From Octopus bimaculoides (taxonomy: Eukaryota), in contig NC_068985.1 in the NCBI RefSeq assembly GCF_001194135.2, positions 51,845,328 through 51,886,116 on the forward strand: a stretch of 40,789 nt of DNA. Direction: 5' to 3'. Within the stretch, counting starts at the first letter, position 1; every line of letters begins with the position of its first letter. Shown here one piece after another: positions 1-10,374 of the stretch. The notes under the pieces were generated by a model. It had not been told where the DNA came from and did not search any database. It saw only the letters and a program-made list of their open reading frames with translations. Position numbers and translations under genes: made by a program.

Positions 1-783
1 ATATATATATATATATATATATATATATAACTATATAACTATAATTCTATTCTGGGCAGTTGTCAATTTGATATCTCCATGACTACTTATTGACTTGTTA
101 TTATTATTATTATTATTCTTTTTTTGCATTAGACAGTTATATGTAATATTTGCACAACTATTTCATGTTTCACAATGCTTCACTAACTTTCAGATAAATT
201 ATAAAATAACATGTAATATATAGGTTTATTTTTAAGGACATCACATGTCTGCTCTAAGTGTTTATTCATCTCTTCCTCTCTCTTGCGCTTTCTCTCTCTC
301 TTACTCGTTTGTGTGTGTATGAATATATTTATATGTGCAAACACATATCTTGTTCACTTTTTCTTTGTTCTGCTTATTTTTGTTTGTAGACTTTTCTTAA
401 AGTATTTAACAATTGGCATATCTCATTTTGTGACTGCTGATGTGAATTCACAATACTTAACTACAGCAGTTCACTATTGTTAGTTTTCTCAAACCTAGAA
501 TGAACATCATATAGATGTACAGTCTCTTATTTGTTAATAACATTAAGCTTGGCTGAATGGGTAAGAAATCTACTTTGTAATTTAGGTGGTTTGTGGTTCA
601 ATCCGATTGTGTAGAATCTTGATGAGGCTCTTAGCTATATGAAGCTGAGAGGATCGTGTTGAAAATTACACCTGAAAGTTTCGCAAAATTTTAAAGTATA
701 TAAAACTCTTAATTCTTTTGTCACCATATTTCCATTGAAATTTTGAAATTGACAAAGAATTTAGTAAAATATGTCATTATTAA

Positions 784-1003
784 CCCTTTAGCGTTTAGAT
801 TACTCTGTCAAATGTAATGCTTATTTATTCACATTGTTTTGCAATTAATCATGCATTATCTTGTAGCTTCAAGATTTCAGTGATGTGATTGTTTATTTTT
901 AGGAATGACATTAGTATAGGTGTGAAAGGCCAGATCTGGCCAAATTGAACAAGAAATAAATAGAATGTTTTGGCTGGATACAACTGGTTTAAATGCTAAA
1001 GGG
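784..1003. mobile_element. piggyBac-type MITE (family A), 220 bp
   Basis: TTAA|CCCTTTAGCGTTTA...TAAATGCTAAAGGG|TTAA: terminal inverted repeats with CCC/GGG ends and TTAA duplication at 780-783 and 1004-1007. Confidence 0.85.
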
Positions 1004-1180
1004 TTAAGCTAGTGTTTGGAGCATAATTTAACATGAAATTTTGATGGAAGTTTTCAGTTTAGATTACTTTAACTCTTCTCATTACATTTCTATTGAAATA
1101 CACTGCCTTTGTATTGATTAATTATGAAAATAATGGTGAATTTACTTAAGTAGCATCATTGTTAAGCTGGTTTTGAAACA

Positions 1181-1583
1181 TTGTTTGTTGTTGTTAGCAC
1201 TCCGTCTCTTACGACGTCGAGGGTTCCAGTTGATCCGATCAACGGAACAGCCTGCTCGTGGAATTAACGTGCAAGAGGCTGAGCACTCCACAGACACGTG
1301 TACCCTTAACGTAGTTCTCGGAGATATTCAGCGTGACACAGTGTGACACAGTGTGACAAGGCTGACCCTTTGAATTACAGGCACAACAGAAACAGGAAGT
1401 AAGAGTGAGAGAAAGTTGTGGTGGAAGAGTACAGCAGGGTTCGCCACCATCCCCTGCCAGAGCCTCGTGGAACTTTAGGTGTTTTCGCTCAATAAACACT
1501 CACAATGCCCTGTCTGGGAATCGAAACCGCAATCCTATGACCGTGAGTTCACTGCCCTAACCACTGGGCCATTGTGCCTCCAC
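1181..1583 (-). mobile_element. Full-length tRNA-derived SINE (family S1)
   Basis: A/B-box-like tRNA head, (CAA)n tail and 12-bp TSD GGTTTTG(A/G)AACA at 1169-1180 and 1584-1595; closely matches 21130-21523 and 26663-27049. Confidence 0.9.
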
Positions 1584-2369
1584 GGTTTTGGAACAGAAAG
1601 TAACATAAACTTTCACTGAAGGATTTTTCCTTGCTCCTTTTTTACTGTATTTCTGTTGAATTACTCTGACTTTGTTTCAATTAATTTTGAAATTATTGAA
1701 GGATTTAGTGAAATAACTTTGTCATTATGAAGCTGATATTTCCAGTGACATGGAACATAAATTAACATGAAATTTTGAAGGAAGGTTTCGACTTGGGTCA
1801 CTTTGAATCATGAAATATAGGTATTATAAAACCAAGGCTTATCTGAGATGGGTTCCTATAAAAAGGTTATTTATCATGAGGCCATTGTGGGTTTTGAATC
1901 CCCTGTAGTATATGGTCCTAGGATGTAACATTTTTTTTGCTGCATTCAGTACTATGAGCAACTGCCTTCTACCACAGCCCCAGTTTGGTCAAATTTAATG
2001 AATGAAAACTGTGGGAGTCTGTTGGGGGGATTACTGTTCATATGGGTAGTAAATTTAATGCATCACTCATATATAGTCTCCTTTTGGTATGTTGGTGCTT
2101 TTGTGAGGAACAATCTGTTGCAAGCAGTTTAGTGGAGAAAATAAATATATGAGAAAAATTGGATAACCTACTGTATGAAGGGAAATTTGGTGACTATGAA
2201 AATGTTCAACCAAGTTGACTTTGACAGGATTTTAATTCAGAACTGAGATGGAGAGAACAAATTTGTTCTGATGCTCTAATTATTCTGATGACTTGTTAAA
2301 TAATATAGAATTTTAGAAAAGTTAAATCATTGAAAAAGGTTTAATATTGGAATCCACTATTTAAATGGC

Positions 2370-2590
2370 ATTAAGGCAATATGCTGGCAGAATCATTAGC
2401 ATGCTAGGCAAAATGTTTAGTGGCATTTCATCTGTCTGCATGTTCTGATGTTCGAATTTAATTGTGGTTGACTTTGCCTTTCAAACTTTTGGGGTCAGTA
2501 AAATAAGTACCAGTTGAACACTGGGGTCAATGTAATCAGCTTGCCCCCTCCCCTGAAATGTCAGACCTTGTGTCAAAATTTGAAACCAGT
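2370..2590 (+). mobile_element. SINE-like repeat (family S5)
   Basis: Homologous to 7960-8168 (same strand) and to 20125-20240, 36700-36845 and 36965-37080 (opposite strand); TGGCAGAATC and GTTC(G/A)AATT box-like motifs. Confidence 0.7.
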
Positions 2591-3326
2591 TTCAGAACTC
2601 CCTGTGATTCAATGGTAAGTAAAGAATACAAGAAAAGAAAGTCCATTTAAAAATTGTTGTTCCAGGAAAAATATGGAGTATTAAAACTAATTGGTGTTTC
2701 ACTAGAATATATAGGATGTTAGAACTTTTGGTGATTCTCATATATTTTGGACCATAGATATGGTGATTAGTTAAACTCATCAGTCTCATTAGACAGTAGT
2801 ATTATACTCCATAATCATTACCTTAACACTCTGTCATACCTCAGCCTCTCAACACCTGGCATACAACCACCTCCTGCCTTTCAATATCTACTCCATCCCT
2901 TCTTAGTTGAAGGGATTTTTCCCTTTTTCCTGTCCTTTCTTGTCTTGCAAGCTACTTGGCAAACTCATTAGTGCCAGTGGCATGGAAATAAAATCATGCA
3001 GCACACGCTGTAAAGTGGTTGGCATTAAGAAGGGCATCCATCTATAGAATCCATGCCAAAGCTGACATTGGTGCTCAACACAGCCGTGCAGCTTGCCAGA
3101 TCCTGTCAAACCGTCCAACTCATGTCAGTATTGAAAAACGGACATTAAACGATGATGATGATGATAATCCAGTATTTGTAGAAAAGAAATAAATTCTTCA
3201 AAAGAATGAAGAACCATGACCAATAGACAAAGAAGAACTTCATCATTCCAGCCTCAAACTTTGAGTCAAGGAATTGAAACCAAACTAAAATATTTTCACT
3301 AAGAAGAAAGAATATTGACAGCAACC

Positions 3327-3347
3327 ATGGATGTTGGAAACTTGAAG
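3327..3347 (+). CDS. Candidate first coding segment of APIP (MDVGNLK, phase 0)
   Basis: ACCATGG context, in-frame TAA upstream, AAG|GTAAAT donor in phase 0. It would give MDVGNLK-EHPR. No homology or transcript support. Confidence 0.35.
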
Positions 3348-3746
3348 GTAAATCCCAATTTTTTAAAATCAATATGTAATGTTAACTCAGTGCAAAATAG
3401 GTCTTGTCACTTCTATGTAAAGTACATCCAGTCCTTAACAGAGATGGTTTTCTCAATAAAGACCTGTTCAGACCTTGTGAAATTCTGACTATGTAGTACA
3501 ACATATAGTCCAACTGTGTTTTCACTGCTCACTGGCATATAAATGATCCCCATAGTCACTGAGATTCTTTTCTTCATTGCACACACACGCACATATGGTT
3601 CTGACTGTGAGGTAAAACAGTTTGCTTCCCAGCCATTTAGTTTCAGGTTTGGTCCCACTACATAACACTTTGGGCAAGTGCCTTATGTTATAGCTGACCG
3701 AAGCTTTGTTAGTGGATTTGATAGTCAGAAACTGGAAGAGGCCTGT

Positions 3747-3782
<36 letters not shown>

Positions 3783-4314
3783 AATATATATATATCTTTT
3801 CTTTGTTTCAGTCATTGGGTTATGGCCATGTTAGGGCACTGCTTTGAAGGGTTTAGTCAAAAAAATTGACCCTAGTATATATTTTAAAGTCTGGTAGTTA
3901 TTCTGTTGGTCTCTTTTTGTCAAACCACTATGTTATGAGGATGTAAACAAACCAGCACTGGTTATCACTGGTGATGAGGGACAAATGCGTGCGCGCGCAC
4001 ACACGCACACACAATCTTCCATACAGTTTCTGTCCACCAAATTCACTCATAAGGCATTGTCTGCCTGTTGGGTATAGTGTAAGACACTTGCCCAAGGTGT
4101 CATGCAGTGGGACTGAACCCAAAACCACATGATTGCAAAGTGAGTCTCTCAACCACACAACTTTACATACATACAGACATACATGCATACATACATACAT
4201 ACATACATACATACATACATACATACATACATACATACATGCATGCATACATGGTGGTTGTCTACTCCTTATGCAAAGTTTGACCACCTCCAGTACCTGC
4301 ACCTTAGAACCATC

Positions 4315-4802
4315 ATGATATTTGATGTGGCTTTTTAAAGCAGACAATGTTTTGAAAAGACACCCACATTGATTGCATATCCAATTTGGACCACCAAGAG
4401 CTGCAGTTAAGTTCTGATCTTTGTGGATCTTAAAATATCTTTTGAGGCATCCGTTAGATTTACCACCTCCTGTACCTACACCTTAGAACCATCATGGCAT
4501 ATGATGTGGCATACATTGCAGGCCTGGTATACTGTTATGTCTCAAGCTACTGCTATCTAGCATCTTCGGATGATCACTACTCAACTGCTACACGACGGCT
4601 ACTCAACCACTACTCAACAGCTACTCAACAGCTCTACCAACTCCTCTACCATGGCTAGACTACCTCTATTTATATGTCTTGGGCATCCTACTTCTTCACT
4701 TGGGGGCGTCGACACAACACATACATTGCATTGAAAGGTGTGGGTTCACAAATGAGATTTGAGCCCAGCAAAAGAAAGGCATAGTCTTTCACAAACTGTG
4801 CA
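4315..4802 (-). pseudogene. Decayed C2H2 zinc-finger-coding stretch, probably the C-terminus of a LINE ORF
   Basis: Minus strand 4802-4740 reads CTVCERLCLSFAGLKSHL*TH and 4377-4315 reads CNQCGCLFKTLSALKSHIKYH. Stops and frameshifts lie between them, and a ~55-bp direct duplication is present (about 4280-4332 and 4460-4512). Confidence 0.7.
4577..4642. repeat. 11-bp minisatellite (CTACTCAACNG), about 6 degenerate units
   Basis: ctactcaactg ctacacgacgg ctactcaacca ctactcaacag ctactcaacag ctctaccaact. Confidence 0.75.
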
Positions 4803-5130
4803 CACAAAAAGGTCATTGTGATTCACCTCGTTGATTGTAACATACATACATACATACATTTGTATGTTTGTGAGTATGTATATGTTTGTGTCTCTCTTAT
4901 CCTGACATCACAAGATAGCTGTGAATGAGTGTCACTGTCATAGAAGCAGAGTCATTCATTTCCAATATTCAGCAAAAACATAACTAGCTATGGGGAAATA
5001 TCACCTTGCTAGGAAATAGGTGAAAGTTGGTGACAAGAAGGGCTTCTGGTTGTGGAAATCTGCTTTAATAAACTCTGCCTGACCCATGTATCATGACACA
5101 CAAATTCATGAGGCATTCTGTATTACTGTA

Positions 5131-5525
5131 GGTGCTGAGTGTAGCTGTGTGGTAAGAAGTTTGCTTCCTGATCACATGGTTCTGGGTTCAGTTCCACTGC
5201 ATGGCACCTTGGGCAAGTGTCTTCTGCTACAGTCTTGGGCCAACCAAAACCTTGTGAGTGGATTTGGTACATGAAAACTGAAAGAAACCTGTTGTATATA
5301 TGTGTGTGTGTGTGTGTGTGTTTTTGTTCCCCACCATTGCTTGACTACTGTTGTTGGTGTGTTCATGTCCCCATAACTTAGTGGCCTGGCAAAAGTGTTT
5401 GACAGAATAAGTACTAGGCTTAAAGAAAATAAATGCAAGTACAGAGGTTGATTCATGTGGCTAAGAATTCTTCAAGGAAATGCTCCAGCATGACCGCAAT
5501 CTAATGACTGAAACAAGTAAAAAAG
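5131..5525 (+). mobile_element. tRNA-derived SINE (family S4) with internal (TG)n
   Basis: gctgtgtggtaagaag...gggttcagt...ccttgggcaagtgtcttct...(TG)n...gaaacaagtaaaa. Further full or partial copies near 3600-3960, 3950-4160(-), 12230-12440, 13290-13385(-), 20490-20590(-), 30176-30560, 33915-34000, 35280-35600(-), 37480-37640(-). Confidence 0.8.
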
Positions 5526-5583
5526 AAAGGAAAAAACCATAAAATATTAAAATGATGATGATTTAGATGTAGCTATACAAACG

Positions 5584-5640
<57 letters not shown>

Positions 5641-5923
5641 TCAAGTGTAGATACATAAACATAATTGACAAATATGAATCTGATGTAAAAATTTGAATTA
5701 AAAAAAAAATGGTTATTGAAACTCAACACTTCCTTGCAATGGATATAGAAGAATTTCAACAGGTCTTTGCAATGGAATATCAAGTCCTCACAAACTCTCT
5801 CTAATTATTTTAATACTGTATGTAAAAAAAAAATTAAAAAAAGCCTCGTGAAACCACACCAATGACATTTCAATGGATCTTTGATATATGGCAAAATCTG
5901 AAATACCCTGAAAGAAAACGTAA

Positions 5924-7004
5924 CCCTTTAGCATTCAGATTACTGTCAAATGTAATGCTTATTTATTAACATGTTTTGAATTAATCATGCATTGTCTCAT
6001 AGTTTCAAGATTTCGATGATGTGATTATTTATTTTAAAATAACATTGAAGGGGCCAGATCTAACTTGTTTGAAAATAAAACCAGTAGAATATTTGCACTG
6101 GGTATGGCTGGTTTAATCATTCCTTAGCATTCAGATTGCTCTGTCAAATGTAATGTTTTATTTATTAACATAGTTTTGAATTAATCTTGCATTATCTCAT
6201 AGCTTTGATATCTTGATGATGTATTTTTTTTAGTTGTAGATTGACTTTCTAGGATAGGTGTGAAAGGCCAGATCTGGCTTGTTTGCACATAAAACAGATG
6301 GGATATTTGGGCTGGATTGGCTGGTTTAATCCCTTAGCGTTCAGATTGCTGTGTCAAATGTAACGCCTATTTATCAAAATTCATCATTATCATCATCGTC
6401 ATCATTTAATGTCTGTTTTCCATGGGTTGGACAGTTTGACTTAGAGCTGGCCAGCTAAGAGCTTTCCAGCTAGAAGCTGTCCAGCTAAGAGCTGTCCAGC
6501 TAGGAGCTGTCCAGCTAGGAGCTGTCCAGCTAGGAGCTGCCCAGCTAGGAGCTGTCCAGCTAGGAGCTGCCCAGCTAGGAGCTGCCCAGCTAGGAGCTGT
6601 CCAGCTAGGAGCTGTCCAAACTCCAATTGTCTGTTGTGACATGGTTTCTACAGCTGGATACCCTTCCTAACACCAACCACTGAATAGAGTGTACTAGGTG
6701 CTTTTATGTTCCACTGGCATGGTGTGTTTATGTAGTACTGGCACGGGTACATCTACAGAGCATCAGTATGGGTGCTTTTTATGAGGTACCCACACTTGAA
6801 AGGACAAGCCTGTATGCATGGAAGACAGCAGTTTATTGTTTTGAATTAATCATGCATTATCTCATAGCTTCGATATTCCAATGCTGAAATGGTGTATTTT
6901 TTGAATGATATTGTGGGATAGGTATGAGACACTTGATCTGGCTACTCTAAACATAAAACATAGAATATCTTGGACAGGATGTGGCCATTTTAAATGCTAA
7001 AGGG
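5924..7004. mobile_element. Head-to-tail trimer of piggyBac-type MITE family A; third unit interrupted by another repeat
   Basis: Three starts (5924, after TTAA 6113-6116, after TTAA 6326-6329) homologous to 784-1003; single right end GCTAAAGGG|TTAA at 7004. Confidence 0.8.
6444..6620. repeat. 15-bp minisatellite GAGCTG(T/C)CCAGCTAG, about 12 units
   Basis: Directly visible; explains the low-complexity ORFs 6406..6642 and 6441..6626. Confidence 0.95.
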
Positions 7005-7479
7005 TTAATAACCATGGTGTGTGAACATGAAGTAGGTTTGAGGCTAAATGTTATAGAATTGTCCCTCTGATTTAAACACATGGCTAATGTCATGTTGTCA
7101 AATATCAGAGAAAGAGAATCTGATTACATTCCATAGATCACATTAAAGTGTATTATGTATTCCATAGTAGATACATCTCATTTTTTTTTTTCACAGTTGT
7201 GTTCTAAATATCTATACTTTCTTTTTCTGTGTACTTCAATCATCATTGTCATTATCATCATCATCATCATCATCATTAGCATCACCACCACTACCACCAC
7301 CCTCTTCACCATCACCATCACCATGATAATCATTGTCACCACTACCATCATAACTATTGTCACTATCACCACCATTGCTGCCACAACCACTGCTGTATAT
7401 AAGAAGCCCAGTATACCCACCATGACTATCTTCTGGTACACCAGGCACATGCATCACAACCATATGTGCGTGACATGGT

Positions 7480-7904
7480 GACCTCATATCAAGATTAACA
7501 GAGTATGACCTTGCAGGTGGGGCCTTGTTAGAATTTTCTTCAGGTCGAGTAGTCCATCCTGCTCAAAAAGTCCCTAAATAAGGGTTGTTTAAGGATGTTG
7601 AACGAAACACCCACATTTCCAGAGGGGAATTTCCAAACCTCAAAGAATTTCTCTCAACACATGGCTATGATACATTCAGCCACTACTTCTGCTCATGATC
7701 AGAGATGCACATAATGTCAGCCACCAAGGGACATGCTCAACTGGTTAAGGTCAAACAAATGACAAACAAATCTGTGGTATTAAGCAGAATATTTGCTGTA
7801 GCCCATCTTTTTATACCAAGACAAAACAATGTACATGATAACACTTCCAATCAATTAAGATCAGAAGCCATGAGAGCCACTGCCTGGTACTGCATCCGGG
7901 CATA

Positions 7905-7940
<36 letters not shown>
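7480..7940 (+). mobile_element. Interspersed repeat with (ATT)n tail
   Basis: Homologous to about 31620-31812 (cacatggctatgat...agagatgca...aagggacatgctcaa...gcagaatatttgct). Confidence 0.6.
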
Positions 7941-7942
<2 letters not shown>

Positions 7943-8167
7943 CATCATTGTTATTATTATGGCGGTGAACTGTCAGAATCATTAATATGCTGGGCGAAAT
8001 GCTTAGCAGCATTCTATCTGTCTACATTCTGAGTTCAAATTCCACCGAGGTCGACTTTGCCTTTCATCCTCTTGGGGTTGATGGAAAAAGTATCAGTCAA
8101 GAACTGGAGTCAATATAATCAACTATCCTCCTCTCTCAATTGTAGGCCTTGTGCCTATAATAGAAAG

Positions 8168-8422
8168 AATTCTTCTTCTTCTTCTTCTTCTTCTTCTTCT
8201 TCTTCTTCTTCTTCTTCTTCTTCTTCTTCTTCTTCTTCTTCTTCTTCTTCTNNNNNNNNNNNNNNNNNNNNNNNNNNNNNNNNNNNNNNNNNNNNNNNNN
8301 NNNNNNNNNNNNNNNNNNNNNNNNNNNNNNNNNNNNNNNNNNNNNNNNNNNNNNNNNNNNNNNNNNNNNNNNCTTCTTCTCCTTCTTCTCCTTCTTCTCA
8401 ACAACAACAACAACAACAACAA
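8168..8422. repeat. (CTT)n and (CAA)n microsatellites around a gap; representative of very many di-, tri- and tetranucleotide tracts in the window
   Basis: Directly visible. Confidence 0.95.
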
Positions 8423-8880
8423 CTATTTCATGTGATACTAGTTAGCAGAGATGTAGTCTTGAGGTTTGGTTGTAAGTCTTTTCAAATCTCAAGAATCTTT
8501 CTTAGGATCCGAACAGAATACAGGATACCATTTTTTCTGCAGGTTGACAATGCACGTCTCAGTTTCCATATCCTTCAGCCTTTAAGGTATTGTACCAAAT
8601 GCATCAAATACCACAGGAATAATTGTTGCCATTGTCTTCCATAATCTTTTCATCTCCCTGTCAAGGTCCAGTTATTTCTCAATTTCTTTAACTCTGTTAT
8701 CATAATATATTGCAAAGTTAATGATACTACACTGTTTGTTTCTTTTGTCCTTTATAGTCATGTCTGGTCTCCTTGCTTTAAAATTAAGGTCAATCTTCAT
8801 AGGGGAGACCCATAAAATCCTGTAAATCTTATGCTCTATAACAACCTCTGGTCCTGGTTTATACCACTTTTCTGTTACTT
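8415..8880 (-). mobile_element. 5'-truncated non-LTR retrotransposon 3' end encoding a restriction-like endonuclease (RLE; R4/Dong-like), degraded
   Basis: Minus strand KWYKPGPEVVIEHKIYRILW...ARRPDMTIKDK...IINFAIYYD...KEIEK*LDLDREMKRLWKTMATIIPVVFDAFGTIP...RILRKILEI* fits the RPD...E.EK.Y...IPVV.GALG signature. Confidence 0.8.
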
Positions 8881-9056
8881 TCAATCCATTGTTATTACTG
8901 CTGTTGTTGTCACCATTTTTGCCACCATCACTGCTTTCATTGTTGTTTTTCAATAGTTATATTTTTATTACATGTTCTATGCACCTGCTGTATGAGTTAA
9001 CATTTTGCTGTAATTTTCTATTGTATACATACTATACATACTTTATGTGCAATCGT

Positions 9057-9560
9057 CATCATCATCATCATCGTCATTTAACGTCCGCTTTCCATGCTAG
9101 CATGGGTTGGACGATTTGACTGAGGACTGGCGAACCAGATGGCTGCACCAGGCAGAGTTTCTACAGCTGGATGCCCTTCCTAACGCCAACCACTCCGAGA
9201 GTGTAGTGGGTGCTTTTACGTGCCACCAGCACGAAGGCCAGTCAGGCGGTACTGGCAATGGCCACGCTCAAAATGGTGTATTTTACGTGCCACCTGCACA
9301 GGAGCCAGTTCGGTCTCACTCGAATGTCTTTACACATGCCATCCGGCATAAGTGCCAGGAAGGCGATGCTGGGCACAGGTGCCATTACGATTTAGCTTTC
9401 ACTTGCCCCAACAGGTCTTCGCAAGCTGAGTTTCGAGTCCAATGAAGGAGACGACGTTGGCATGGATGCCAGTCGTTGAATTTAATTCGATCTCGATTTC
9501 GATTTCATTTGCCTCAACAGGTCTTCGCAAATGGAGTTTAGTGTCCTAGTAATAATATTT
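9057..9560 (-). mobile_element. Interspersed retroposon-like repeat with (TGA)n tail (family E) and internal ~60-bp subrepeats
   Basis: catcatcgtcatttaacgtccgctttccatgctagcatgggttggacg...; many copies, e.g. 2940-3165(+), 6381-6835, 9567-9800, 11620-12000, 12860-13060, 17505-17700, 20250-20460, 25671-25940(+). Confidence 0.75.
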
Positions 9561-9890
9561 ACTACATCATCATAATCCTTTAATGTCCGTTTTCCATGCT
9601 GGCTTGGGTTGGACAGTTTGACCAGAGCTGGCAAGCCAAAGAGCTGCACCAGGTTCCAGCCTGATTTGACTTGGTTTCTATGGTTGGATGCCCTTCCTAA
9701 TATCAACCACTTTACAGTGTGTGCTGAGTGCTTTTAATGTGCCACTGGCATGAGTGTTTTAACGTAAAATCAGTACAAGCCCTAATTACATGACACTGGC
9801 ATTGAATGCTTTTTATGTGGCCCTGACAAAGGACTCTTGCAGGTCAATCCACTTCGCCAGGAGATGTGACCTTAACACTTGTGCTGTGGA

Positions 9891-9978
9891 GGATGGGTCT
9901 TCCAAGGATGGGTCTTCCAAGGATTGGTCTTCCAAGGATGGGTCTTCCAAGGATGGGTCTTCCAAGAAAGGGTCTTGC
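9891..9978. repeat. 15-bp minisatellite GGATGGGTCTTCCAA, 5 units plus a partial sixth
   Basis: Directly visible. Confidence 0.95.
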
Positions 9979-9984
9979 TACATG

Positions 9985-10215
9985 TTGTGTATATTTCTAA
10001 GTCTTGGGGTTTGAGTGTATATTTGTCTGCATCGTTTAAAATTCATTCTCAAGAATGTTATTATTGGTATTGTTTCTGTTTTCAATAACCATGTTATGGT
10101 TGTCTTCATTTCAAGATCTTTATATCTGGTCAATTTTATCACTTATTCTTGTAATGCATTTCCATTTATTGTCTCCAATGAGGAGACCCTTCCTTTCCTA
10201 GTGGTTTTTGACTGC
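9985..10215 (-). mobile_element. Second degraded RLE-type LINE 3' fragment
   Basis: Minus strand VKNH*ERKGLLI and, in another frame, IKLTRYKDLEMKTTITWLLKTETIPII, resembling EKLxKYKDLEIEIxRMWxxKTETIPII of RLE domains. Confidence 0.6.
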
Positions 10216-10334
10216 AGTATTTTGACTTAGATTTATTTCCTTTTAAAACTTTGCTACTATATTATAAATATTCTGCATGAGTTACATTAATTTAGGTTTT
10301 ACTCTGAAAGAAGCCTGTTGTATGTATAAGTATG

Positions 10335-10374
<40 letters not shown>

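Larger units (their letters stand above)
709..1866. mobile_element. Cluster of about three tandem piggyBac-type MITE family B units, with a nested family A MITE and a SINE
   Basis: Repeated blocks (ttgtttcaattaatttt...gtcattattaagctggtgtttggaacataaattaacatgaaattttgatggaag) homologous to 28223-28538; ends in taaaaaggtta. Confidence 0.65.

Noticed and set aside
6406-6642. ORFs (LAGQL)n and (WTAPS)n
   Set aside because: Translation of a 15-bp minisatellite; no splice or homology support
7155-7487. Ile/Thr-rich, Val/Met-rich and Asp/Gly-rich ORFs resembling membrane or low-complexity proteins
   Set aside because: Degenerate (CAT/CAC)n trinucleotide tract, open in several frames
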